Shown here piece by piece: positions 12,405 through 23,355 of a stretch of 64,000 nucleotides of DNA. A program made the position numbers and the translations under genes. Numbering within the stretch: the stretch's first letter is position 1; each line of letters begins with the position of its first letter. The notes beneath the pieces were generated by a model. The model did no database searches. It worked only from the letters and a program-made list of their open reading frames with translations, and was not told where the DNA came from. Source of the stretch: Takakia lepidozioides (lineage: Eukaryota; Plantae; Bryophyta). The stretch is taken from contig CM060732.1 in assembly GCA_030704615.1 (NCBI GenBank), forward strand, positions 16,554,001-16,618,000. Reading direction: 5' to 3'.

Positions 12405-14657
12405 AAAGAAGGGGCGTGAATCCCCTTCTGGTTAATCCTTAAGCTGTGGTCCTCCCCTCCCCCCAGTTGATTGTGCCCAGCAAAGGAAAGGAGCGTTCTT
12501 ACTCTGTCCAACCATCGTCACACGGCTATATGGGTTTTCCTTCAGGTTCGTTCGTGATCAGAGTTTACGGAATCCTCATCCACGCCGCAGCGGAAGAGAA
12601 GACATGGATGGGGAGTTTTTGAATTGTTCTTGCTCTCGGTTCTACTTCTATACAACAGCCTGGCCCTATGATCACGGCGCCAACAGTGTTGGCGTGATCT
12701 TTTCTGTGATGCAAGCAGCCCAATGGTAGCGGTAAACAGGACCCTTTGTGTGAAGCCCCCTTGAGCAGTGACACGTCGGAAATCCCCTTTTGTAATGGTG
12801 ACACAGATTTAGGAGAAGGCAGCTCAGGTCTTCTTGAACTGCAGAGGCACTGATTTCATTCATGGTTCAGGTTTTCTTCATCTCATCTCCCCAAATTGGC
12901 CATCCCCCCCATCAGCCCTTTTGCTGAACAGCTCTCTCATTTCCCAACTCCCCTTTTCTCTCTCTCTCTCTCTCTCATCCCTTTTTCGTCTGTTTCTCTA
13001 TCTCTGTCTATGTCTACAGGCTCCTCACTTCTTCATAGCAGCACATCTATCATGTAATGCAAATGCACACTCTGCCAAGCATCCAGTGCAGCCAGCCTTG
13101 AAGTCATCCTCGGTCTCTCAAGACACAACCATCCTCTTCATCAGTCTCTCTCTCCCTCTCTCCCTCTTGTCCCTTTCTTCTCTGTTTCTCTCTCTCTCTC
13201 TCTCTGTCAATGTTCAACCCTTCACACTACCTTTTTCCAAAGAACCCATTGCCCAAACAGCTCTCATCCCTTCTTCAGGTTTCAACCAAATACCCCAACA
13301 TCCCTCTTTTCCCTTCAACTGTGTCACGCAATTGTTCATATCCTGACACCATACTTAGATCACCTTATCCTTTCTATGTTTTCAACAGTTCCAGCTAACC
13401 CTCATTTGATCTCTCCAGGCAAACAAGCTAGATTTACATTGGTTTCAGTGCATCACTACCCACGGCAGCATTGTGTGCAGGTTTATAACACTGAAACAAG
13501 ATTCAAGAATGAAGACAACAGTGACCATTCTGATTTCAGTGACAAACAGTCTCTCTCTCTCTCTCTCTCTTCACTCATTTCTCTTACTGACATCACAACA
13601 TCAGGTGCATCCATCCTTTCCATGTTCTGGTTTGAAGTCCAGAGTCTCCATTCCATTTCCAAAAACCTTTTCCTCTATCACATGTCTCCACCTTTTCTCT
13701 TCTACCAAGATGCAGTCCTAAATCTACCAAAAGCAATCTCTAAGTTTCAACAAAAAAAGGCCAACAGTCCACAGACTTATCTGTTTTTATCCTCTAGTGA
13801 AGCGGTGGGTCTGCCTGTCAAGGTGGCACCTCGCCATCGCCTGTCAGCAGCCACTTCAACCTTTTCTCCTTGTCTTGATTCCAGTCTTTATCATGCCATG
13901 ATGGCTCCTCTTCATCCCTTGGAACATCCTGTGGCTTGCCCACTAAATTGCTCTATGCAATTCCTTCTTACGAATCGACCTGGTCCTATAACAAGAAGAC
14001 ACAAAAGCAGCTAGAAGCTTGATGACAGAGAACCTGAGATGCCATACAACCAGCACTCCACATGTTTTATCCCCCCCATTGATTGTGCCCAGACTCTCTT
14101 CCTTGTGCTTCCAGCAGCTGGCCGTTTTCCTTGCTTGCTCATCTGCCCATAACTGTCATCTTCAAGGCAATGGCGGCAACGGTGGTGCGCCGCTCTCCTT
14201 ACATGCTCCTATCTCCTGGAATTGATCATCACTCCGAGAGAGGCGGCACCGCTTCCCTTTACACAGAATACCAAGCAGAGGCACTTAATGCCGCTTCCTA
14301 AACCAAGCAAAATCCCACAGCGTAGGTACAACCTCCCAACAACAGGCTGCCGTGCCAACACCACTGCTCGCAGCAGCTGCTACGAGTCACCCGTCATCTT
14401 CCTCTTTGTTTTTCTCAACCCGTGATTTTAGGTTAAGCACCAGTGATGAAAACGTTCATCGCATGGATGAAAATACGCACTGTCATGACTTAGCCATTTT
14501 TTCTCCTGGCAAAGCATAAGCTCAGTGTGCCCATGAAATTACCTGCATGCAGGGATACATCCCTCCTGCAGTTGGGATAACGGGCACTCCTATTATGTGA
14601 TGTAGGTCTTAACGGTAAAACAAAGATGTAATGTCACTCCCCTGCATTCACACTACA
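12405..14657 (-). repeat. 5' LTR (starts TGTAGTGTG, ends ...CCCCTTCTTT with no terminal CA)
   Basis: Direct repeat of 3334-5584. Confidence 0.95.
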
Positions 14658-15129
14658 TGACTCCCGTCTGACGTCGATAGATGTGATTCGGGCACGACAT
14701 GGCCTCACGACACAGCACGAACTCAAAGCAGGGAGGAGATGGGCACAACAGAGAAGAGTGAAGATCAAAATGAGAGCAAGGCCTCCCTCACCGTAAGGTG
14801 GGTATTTGCTCTCCGGAGCCCAATTTCGGCGCCGTTATTGGATGGAGTGCGGAAGCTTCAGCCGAGAATTTTGTTTCCGCAGGTCAATTTTGGCACCATT
14901 ATTGGTTGCAATCCCCAGCCTTCAGCCGGGTATTTGGTTTCCGGACCCAATTTCGGCGCCGTTATCGGCTGCACTCCGGTGGCTTCTATCGACGAAGGTA
15001 GGAAGGTAATTCCTCGCTCAGAATTACCTGCAGGAAGGTAATTCATCGCTGAGAATTACCTACAGGAAGGCAATTCATCGATCAGAATTACCTGCAGGAA
15101 GGTAATTCTCAGCGATGAAATACCTGCAG

Positions 15130-15800
15130 GATGAAAATTCGGCGCAGGATTTCGATCCATCCGGGATTCCAGTAACCTGCTAGATGGAAATGCGGCGCCG
15201 AATTTCCATCCATCCGGGAATCGAATTACCTGCTGGACGGAAATTCGGCGCCGAATTTCCAATCATCCGGGATTCCACTTACCTGCTGGATGGAAATCCG
15301 GCGCCGAATTTCCATCCATCCGGGATTCGAATTACCTGCAGGATGGAAATCCGGCGCCGAATTTCCATCCATCCGGGATTCCACTTACCTGCTGGATGGA
15401 AATCCGGCGCCGAATTTCCATCCATCCGGGATTCCACTTACCTGCTGGATGGAAATCCGGCGACGAATTTCCATCCATCTGGGATTCGAATTACCTGCAG
15501 GATGGAAATTCGGCGCCGAATTTCCATCCATCCGGGATTCCACTTACCTGCAGGATGGAAATCCGGCGCCGAATTTCCATCCATCCGGGATTCCACTTAC
15601 CTGCTGGATGGAAATCCGGCGCCGAATTTCCATCCATCTGGGATTCGAATTACCTGCAGGATGGAAATCCGGCGCCGAATTTCCATCCATCCGGGATTCC
15701 ACTTACCTGCAGGATGGAAATCCGGTGCCGGATCTCCATCCATCCGCTCTCCGACCAACCTTGCGGATGGAAATCCGGTGCCGAATTTCCATCCATCCGC
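15130..15800. repeat. Tandem array of a 53-bp unit (~12 copies), each with a 30-bp palindrome GGATGGAAAT(T/C)CGGCGCCGAATTTCCATCC
   Basis: Unit read directly; ORF starts at 15184/15290/15396 are 2x53 apart. Preceded by shorter AATTACCTGCAGGAAGG repeats at ~14995-15130. Confidence 0.95.
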
Positions 15801-18374
15801 TCTTCGAATTACCTGCATGACTGGAAAAATGGCGCCGAATTTCCGATTTTGGTGCCAGTCAAATCTGGGACTTAGCCATTTTCGGCAACGAAATGGAAAA
15901 AATGTCGCCAAAAAAAAAAAAAAAAACAAAACAAAAAAAACTCCATTTTTCTAGTTCGGGGCCGAAAACGGCTAAGTCCCAGATCTGACTGGCACCCAAA
16001 ATCGGAAATTCGGCGCCATTTTTCCAGTCATGCAGGTAATTCGAAGAGCGGATGGATGGAAATCCGGCGCCGGATTTTCATCCATCCGCTCTTCGAATTA
16101 CCTGCATGACGGAAATTTTGCGCGCCGACTGACCTGGTGGATGGAAATCCGGCGCCGGATTTCCATCCATCCGCTCTTCGAATTACCTGCATGACTGGAA
16201 AAATGGCGCCGAATTTCCGATTTTGGTGCCAGTCAGATCTGGGACTTAGCCATTTTCGGCAACGAAATGGAAAAATGTCGCCAAAAAAAAAACAAAAAAA
16301 AAGAAGCCATTTTTCTAGTTCGGGGCCGAAAACGGCTAAGTCCCAGATCTGACTGGCACCCAAAATCGGAAATTCGGCGCCATTTTTCCAGTCATGCAGG
16401 TAATTCGAAGAGCGGATGGATGGAAATCCGGCGCCGGATTTTCATCCATCCGCTCTTCGAATTACCTGCATGACGGAAATTTTGCGCGCCGACTTACCTG
16501 GTGGATAGAAATCCGGCGCCGGATTTCCATCCATCCGCTCTTCGAATTACCTGCATGACTGGAAAAATGGCGCCGAATTTCCGATTTTGGTGCCAGTCAG
16601 ATCTGGGACTTAGCCATTTTCGGCAACGAAATGGAAAAATGTCGCCGAAAAAAAAAAAAAAAACAAAACAAAAAAAACGCCATTTTTCTAGTTCGGGGCC
16701 GAAAACGGCTAAGTCCCAAATCTGACTGGCACCCAAATCGGAAATTCGGCGCCATTTTTCCAGTCATGCAGGTAATTCGAAGAGTGGATGGATGGAAATC
16801 CGGCGCCGGATTTTCATCCATCCGCTCTTCGAATTACCTGCATGACGGAAATTTTGCGCGCCGACTTACCTGGTGGATAGAAATCCGGCGCCGGATTTCC
16901 ATCCATCCGCTCTTCGAATTACCTGCATGACTGGAAAAATGGCGCCGAATTTCCGATTTTGGTGCCAGTCAGGTCTGGGACTTAGCCATTTTCGGCAACG
17001 AAATGGAAAAATGTCGCCGAAAAAAAAAAAAAAAAAAGAAGCCATTTTTCTAGTTCGGGGCCGAAAACGGCTAAGTCCCAGATCTGACTGGCACCCAAAA
17101 TCGGAAATTCGGCGCCATTTTTCCAGTCATGCAGGTAATTCGAAGAGCGGATGGATGGAAATCCGGCGCCGGATTTTCATCCATCCGCTCTTCGAATTAC
17201 CTGCATGACGGAAATTTTGCGCGCCGACTTACCTGTTGGATTGAAATACGGCGCCGGATTTCCATCCATCCGCTCTTCGAATTACCTGCATGACTGGAGA
17301 AATGGCGCCGAATTTCCGATTTTGGTGCCAGTCAGATCTGGGACTTAGCCATTTTCGGCAACGAAATGCAAAAATGTCGCCGAAAAAAAAAAAAAAAAAA
17401 AAAGCCATTAAAAAAAAACTCATTTTTTCTAGTTCGAGGCCGAAAACGGCTAAGTCCCAGATCTGACTGGCACCCAAAATCGGAAATTCGGCGCCATTTT
17501 TCCATTTCTGGGCCCAGTCAGATCTGGGACTTAGTCATTTTCGGCCCCGTACTGGATAAATCGCGCCGAAAAAAAAAAAAAAAAAAAAACGATATTTTTC
17601 TTGTTCGGTGCCGAAAACGGCTATGTCCCAGACCTGACTGGCACCCAAAATCGGAAATTCGGCGCCATTTTTCCAGTTCTGGGCCCAGTCAGATCTGGGA
17701 CTTAACCATTTTCGGCCCCGAACAGGAAAAATGGAAGTTGAAGACTCCCACAAGCTGAAACCATATTCCACACATGCACCACTTGCTTCCTTAACACCCG
17801 AGCTCTTCTTGAACTCCTCAAACCCTGCAACACTTGCAGAATAAGAGCTTCTTCACAAGCTCTCAAACTTTCAATGATGCTCTTCTTGAAGACCTCCTCT
17901 TGTACATAAACACCACAAGACTTTCTTCTTGCAAACCCTGCAATAGCTTGTAACTTAAGAGCTATCTATCAAGCTCTCTTCCACACACAAGTGTTAACTA
18001 TGCTAACACCTTGCACTTATAGATGTAAGCAGGTCTTCTTCTAGTGATACGGAAATGGTGAAAAGAGGAGAAACCATTCTATCACGTTATATAAGTCAAG
18101 CCAATGGCACCTTTGCTAAAAGACTCCACCATACAGACCTCACCCACTCTCCATCTCAAGTACTAGAGCGACTTTCAATTGGCTCAACTTTTGTTTGACC
18201 ACATGTTTTTTGAAAGCAGAGGCATAGCCAGTGGGTACTTTCAGGGCCGAAAATGGCTAAGTCCATAGGGTGGCTGGTACCAAAATCGGAAATTCGGCGC
18301 CATTTTTCCAGTTCCGGGCCCAGTCAGATCTGGGACTTAGCCATTTTAGGCCCCGAACTGGTAAAATGGCACTG

Positions 18375-18417
<43 letters not shown>

Positions 18418-18545
18418 GCCATTGTTCTAGTTCGGGGCCTAAAATGGCTAAGTCCCAGATGTGACTGGCACCAAAATCAGAAATTCGGCGCCATTTTTCC
18501 AGTTCCGGGCCTAGTCAGATCTGGGACTTAGCCATTTTCGGCAAG
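15800..18545. repeat. Higher-order ~363-374-bp fold-back repeat (about 5 copies to ~17500, derived copies to 17730 and at 18240-18545)
   Basis: ATGACTGGA(A/G)A at 15817, 16191, 16555, 16927, 17290. Each unit has >100-bp inverted arms around a poly-A loop. Confidence 0.92.
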
Positions 18546-18549
18546 TAAA

Positions 18550-18710
18550 TGCAATAAAATGTTGCATTTCAAGTCCACTGGTGCCACATTCCAACTTCAC
18601 ATGACCCTATTTCCGTGCCTCCTAACCCTATTTCCGTGGACTTACAATGGTCTGCTCATGCTTTTTTTTTTTCCGCTCATGCTCATGCCGCTCATGAAAT
18701 AGCAGCCCCC
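18550..18710 (-). mobile_element. ~160-bp terminus (type B, GGGGGCTGCTATTTCATGAGC...) closing an element that lies to the left
   Basis: Near-perfect reverse complement of 53102-53262. Confidence 0.8.
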
Positions 18711-19585
18711 CCTCCACACTAACATATTTAAATACAAAGTTATGTCAAACTCCCTACGATGTTGCATGAAGAAAGCTCACCTTGTTGACAATATTGTCCC
18801 ACCGTTGTGGATCATATTTATAGAACTCCTGCCAGCGCTGTTCCTTGCTCCAAATCTGGCCCTCTTGGATGATTTTGCACCCACGATCCTCTCCCTGCAT
18901 CAACAGCTACCCCTCCCTCCACACTAACAATGCGTACATCATGCCTCTGCAGCTGCTACAGTGGCTTCCAGTTGACCATCTACCCATGCAGGTTTCTTAT
19001 AGCTATCCTTCCACATGGAATCATAGGTAATCTGGAGCTTGGAATCCGGCCATCTGTAAATTTAGGGACGACTCTGATAACAGGGAAAAACAGGCTGAAA
19101 TGTGTTGAAGAAGGTACCTTCATTAGCAGTCCCTTGTTCTATCAATTGCGCTGCTGCCGCTGCTATTTCCAGTTGACCATCTCCTACATTGTCCCACCAC
19201 TGACTGGGGTCAGAAAAGTATACATTCCTTGAAAGCTTCTCTCCATCTCTGTTATCTTTTTTTAGGTACTGTCATGCTGCCACCTCGGCAGTAACTTGCA
19301 AAATGACTCCAAAGCACCGCAGATCCACCCAACGAGCTAACTTACCGAATTCAATACATATGCTTCAGGGCTGAGTCTGATGAGAGGGAAAAACAGGCTG
19401 AAACAGGTCAAACCAGAAGGTGCCCTCAGGCTGAAATATGTTGAAGAAGGTACCTTCATCAGCAGTGCCTTGCTCTATCAATTGCGCTGCTGCCACTGCT
19501 GTTTCCAGTTGACCATCCACCCACATTGTCCGACCATTGACTGGGGTCAGAAAAGTGTCTCATTCCAAAGCTTCTCTTCATCTCT

Positions 19586-21330
19586 GTGGTGCTATTGCAG
19601 GGTGACTTCAATGCCCAAGTGGGCAAAGGGCTCCATCAGGACGATATCATTGGGTCTTCTGGTGAGGACGAGCTGAATTCTAATGGCAGACGGTTAATTA
19701 ACTGTCTGGAAGAGCTTCAGCTTTTGACCTTGAATAACAAGACAAGAGGTGACCAAGTGCAGTGGACTCGTGAGAATTCCCAAACTGGGGAACGTTCCAT
19801 TGTGGACTATATCATAATGGACAAAAATTTGTTCCCCCAGTGTGTCAATGTGTTGATCGACAGAACTGATATTGGTACCTCTGACCACTTCCTGGTTTGG
19901 ACTGAGATCAAAAGGTGTTTTCCCAACACCAGAGTAGAAGAGATTCTCAAGGACCTGGACCTGGATCCGCAAGTCTTGACCCTGCTGGATAAATCCGACT
20001 TAGAGGCTGTAGTGTCCAAAGCCATGTCTGTTGCCATGAGATTGTCTGATGAAAATGAAGTTAGGCAGAAAACTTCCCTGAACTTGTTTCTAGTCAGTGA
20101 TATGGGGGAGGACATCTTGGATGACCTCAAGGGTCCACCCACTCTCGGCACTAGACTGAAATTTAAACTCAGGGAAGGAAGCCTACCTTTGAACAGCAAA
20201 CAAAAGCAGAGAGGAAAGGGGGAGTGCACTTCCCATTGTGTGGGCAATATGAAGACAATATTCATTTTCTGATACACTGTCCGGGGTTCTCTCACCAAAG
20301 AGACGCTCTCTTCAAATCTATCAAGGGAATTGTGCATGAATTGTCCTCCAATTGTAATTGGGATGCACATATCCAGAAAGTTGTTCAAACTGGCAAGGGC
20401 AAAGCTCTGGGGCTCACTAAATTTTTCCACTGCAGAGGGGTCAACTCTGAGGTTAAGAAAACCATGCTTTCTCGCGTTATTAGACCTGCCTTGGAGTACG
20501 GATCTGCTATATGGGTTGATAACTCCAACCAGGCTAAGTCTCTAGAATCCATTCAAGTGGGGGTGCTTAAGGAGTGTATGTCAGCATGCTCCAAAACAGC
20601 CAATGTGGCTGTTCGGGGTGAGTTTGGCATTCCATCCTTAAGCTCCCGACGAGATGAATTCAAGGTCAGATGGTGGGGTCAGCTGCAACATATGCCCAAC
20701 ACCAGATATCCTAAGTTAATCGACTCTATATCTTGGAAACAGGACCGCCCTGTCAAACAGGCGAAGCCCTGGCAGAAGAGAGTAGAAAAGATTCTCAAGG
20801 ACCTGGACCTGGATCCGCAAGTCTTGACCCTGCTGGATAAATCTGACTTAGAGGCTGTAGTGTCTGAAGCCATGTCTGTTGCCATGAGATTGTCTAGACT
20901 GAAATTTAAACTCAGGGCATGAAGCCTACCTTTGAACAGCAAACAGAAGCAGAGAGGAAAGGGAGAGTGCAATTGTCCGTTGTGTGGGCAACCTGAAGAC
21001 AATATTCATTTTCTGATACACTGTCCGGGGTTCTCTCACCAAAGAGACGCTCTCTTCAATTCTATCAAGGGAATTGTGCCTGTACCCCTGTTTACCAACT
21101 TTGAAAGTCTCGAGGCTGAGCCAAAAGCCCAGGCCCTCCTGAGGCCTAGTTTTTGGGCAAATCACACACAGCAAATTGATGCTTGTGTGAAGGGTTTTCT
21201 AGAGGATATCTGGAAAACCCGGATTAATTCTATATATGAAGGTAAGTCTTACTACCAACGTCAGCCCCTGACAGAGGTAGGTTCTGTCCCTTTTGTTCCC
21301 GCTCAAACTGGGCGCGGGGTCAAAACACAG
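19586..21330 (+). pseudogene. Rearranged non-LTR retrotransposon (LINE) remnant: APE endonuclease C-terminus, RT C-terminus, Cys/His finger
   Basis: GDFNAQVG, SIVDYII, SDHFLV (APE); IRPALEYGSAIW..LESIQ; CPLCGQPEDNIHFLIHC. Internal duplications ~19932-20048 vs ~20780-20895 and ~20150-20335 vs ~20895-21078. Confidence 0.85.
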
Positions 21331-21384
21331 TCCCAGCCTGGATGGCATCTACACAGGACAATCAAATCCCGGTCATTGTGGTAA

Positions 21385-22823
21385 TGACAACACAAGACTC
21401 AGTGGCATCGGGCCTAGGATTTGGGGTTGACGGAGAGGGACATCTGTCCTATTTGCAGAGGGTTGAAAGAGATATGACTATCCAGTTTCATATAAGGGTG
21501 CTGGACCAGTTGGGTACTCCAAACCCGTTGCCCCCGCAAGGGATGGAATCTCAATGGGCACAACAAGAGTCTCTGACTTGGTTTCTCCAATGCCCATTGA
21601 CAGACTTGCAATTTGATCCCGGGGAATGGAGGTGGATGGACAAAAAGAAAACCCCCTTTTTTGCTTATTCGGTGAAAAAATGCTACTCCGTCATCAACCC
21701 ACCTCGCTCTTTCGTGCAGCCAGATGGTGCTCCAGAGGGAACAACCTGCAGTTTGCCCAAGGGACCTGGGATAAAATTTGGAAGGACATTTGGAGGAAGG
21801 ATAGACATGTGAAGCTCTCAGCTTTCCTCTAGAAACTCACACATAGAATCCTCCCAGTCAGACAGCGGACTCATGAAGACAATCCTACCTGCACTATGTG
21901 TAATGCACACCCAGAATCGATTGAGCACTACCTGTTGCTATGCAACCTCCCTAACAAAATCTGGCAGTTGGTTCTTGCATTCTACTCCCATTGGGACACC
22001 TTCCCTTCCCCTCCCTCAGCTTCTCTGCTTCTTCTCAACTTCCACCCTGGTCAATCACAGAATACACGTCCAGATGTGCTTGGGTTTACGAGGGGAAACC
22101 CCCCAGGGGCAGATCAGTGTTGTTTTGTACTTACCATGATCTGTTAACTGAGGGGAGGAAAGCGTGGTTCAATGTCTGTGAAGCTCTTCCCAGAACTTCG
22201 GAGCAACGGGGAAGGAAACCGCTTCAAGATTTCCATGACTCATGGGGCAAAGACAATCTGCTCGGCTCCAGTATTTCCAACACACGTTTTGCCTGGCAAC
22301 AATCCATCCCCCCTCAATGGGAGGTCCCCCGGTGAAGGGGATGATGCTGATTACAATTGGCGCCACAAGCGGGCTAGAGACCCCAAATTCCGAGCTCAAC
22401 TCAAGTTCTGAATGCAACACTGCTGCTCCTCCCGCTCAGCTCGTCTCTCTTAGTTCTTTCCCAGATCCTTTCTTCATCCCCCCTGCTACTGAGAACACTT
22501 TATGGACAGTATATCTCCAACCTCTCAGCTATCTCTAGATAAAGGCAATGTCTAGTCTAGCAGGTATTTCCTCCTTATCACTGCAGTCCCTTACATTCTC
22601 ATCTCAGATCGCAATCCAAACTCTACGCTTCGTCTTTCTATTCTCTCTCTATTTAGCAAGCTGGCTAGGGTCTCGGGGAAGTTCCCCCTCAGTGAGCCTT
22701 CATGGCCTTCCTTGATGATTATTTTTTCCACCTTTGTGACATTTTTTTAATAAAATAATTCGATTAAAAGGGCCTCCGTCCCCTTTCAATTTTAAAAAAA
22801 TAACAAAAAAAAATAAAAAAAAT
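21385..22823 (+). pseudogene. 3' end of an L1-type LINE (zf-RVT-like region, 3' UTR, A-rich tail)
   Basis: WDKIWKDIW..KLSAFL*KLTHRILPV..CTMCNAHPESIEHYLLLC across frames; A-rich tail ~22794-22823. Confidence 0.7.
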
Positions 22824-23355
22824 AGTGGAGTGGCTATGACCCCAGTAAATTGCAGGTCCAACTGATTTTTTCACCTATGGTTGATTGTATGCAATTACAT
22901 AGGGGTTGAAATCTCAAAATTGACAAGAGAAAATGTGCCTCCAAATGAAGTAATTTTTTTCTACAAATTTTTCAAAAGCCAACGGTGGATGTGTGTATTG
23001 TAATGCTCACACACCACAAGGTGAAGTGCTTTTTACAAAATTGCTAATTTTCTGCCAAAAGTAATCTTTGGAGTGCAATATGTTTTGGGCTTGTTTACCT
23101 GCCACGTCAGCGGTCAACAAGCCCTTTTCAGGCCCAAAACGTAAATGAGTGATCTAAGATATTTTTTGACTAGGTCGTAGTTTCTGTTTTTTTTTTTAAT
23201 TTTTTTTTGCATCATACTCGAGACAAATCCCTTGTCATTAAAGCTTCAGGAGTGGGCCCCATCAGATTAGATCTGCAAAAATTAGGTAGAACTGAATATT
23301 CAGAGTGACCGATTCAGGTCGCTTGGGAAATTAAGGGTTAACTGGTCATACAAAA

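Larger units (their letters stand above)
3324..14657 (-). mobile_element. Full-length Ty3/gypsy LTR retrotransposon, recent insertion, 4-bp TSD TGAC
   Basis: Two ~2.25-kb LTRs, termini TGTAGTGTG...CACACTACA, TGAC at 3320-3323 and 14658-14661, tRNA-iMet PBS, PPT, and gag-PR-RT-RH-INT domain order. Confidence 0.97.

Noticed and set aside
15130-15800. CRISPR array
   Set aside because: The spacers between palindromes are near-identical, there are no cas genes, and the context is eukaryotic.
15184-17771. Long repetitive ORFs (256, 176, 159 aa and others)
   Set aside because: They are translations of the 53-bp and ~370-bp repeats, open in several frames and on both strands; no evidence of coding.
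18035-18046. CTTCTTCTAGTG as another CACTA end
   Set aside because: Short match without CACTA-type subterminal repeats or a partner end.
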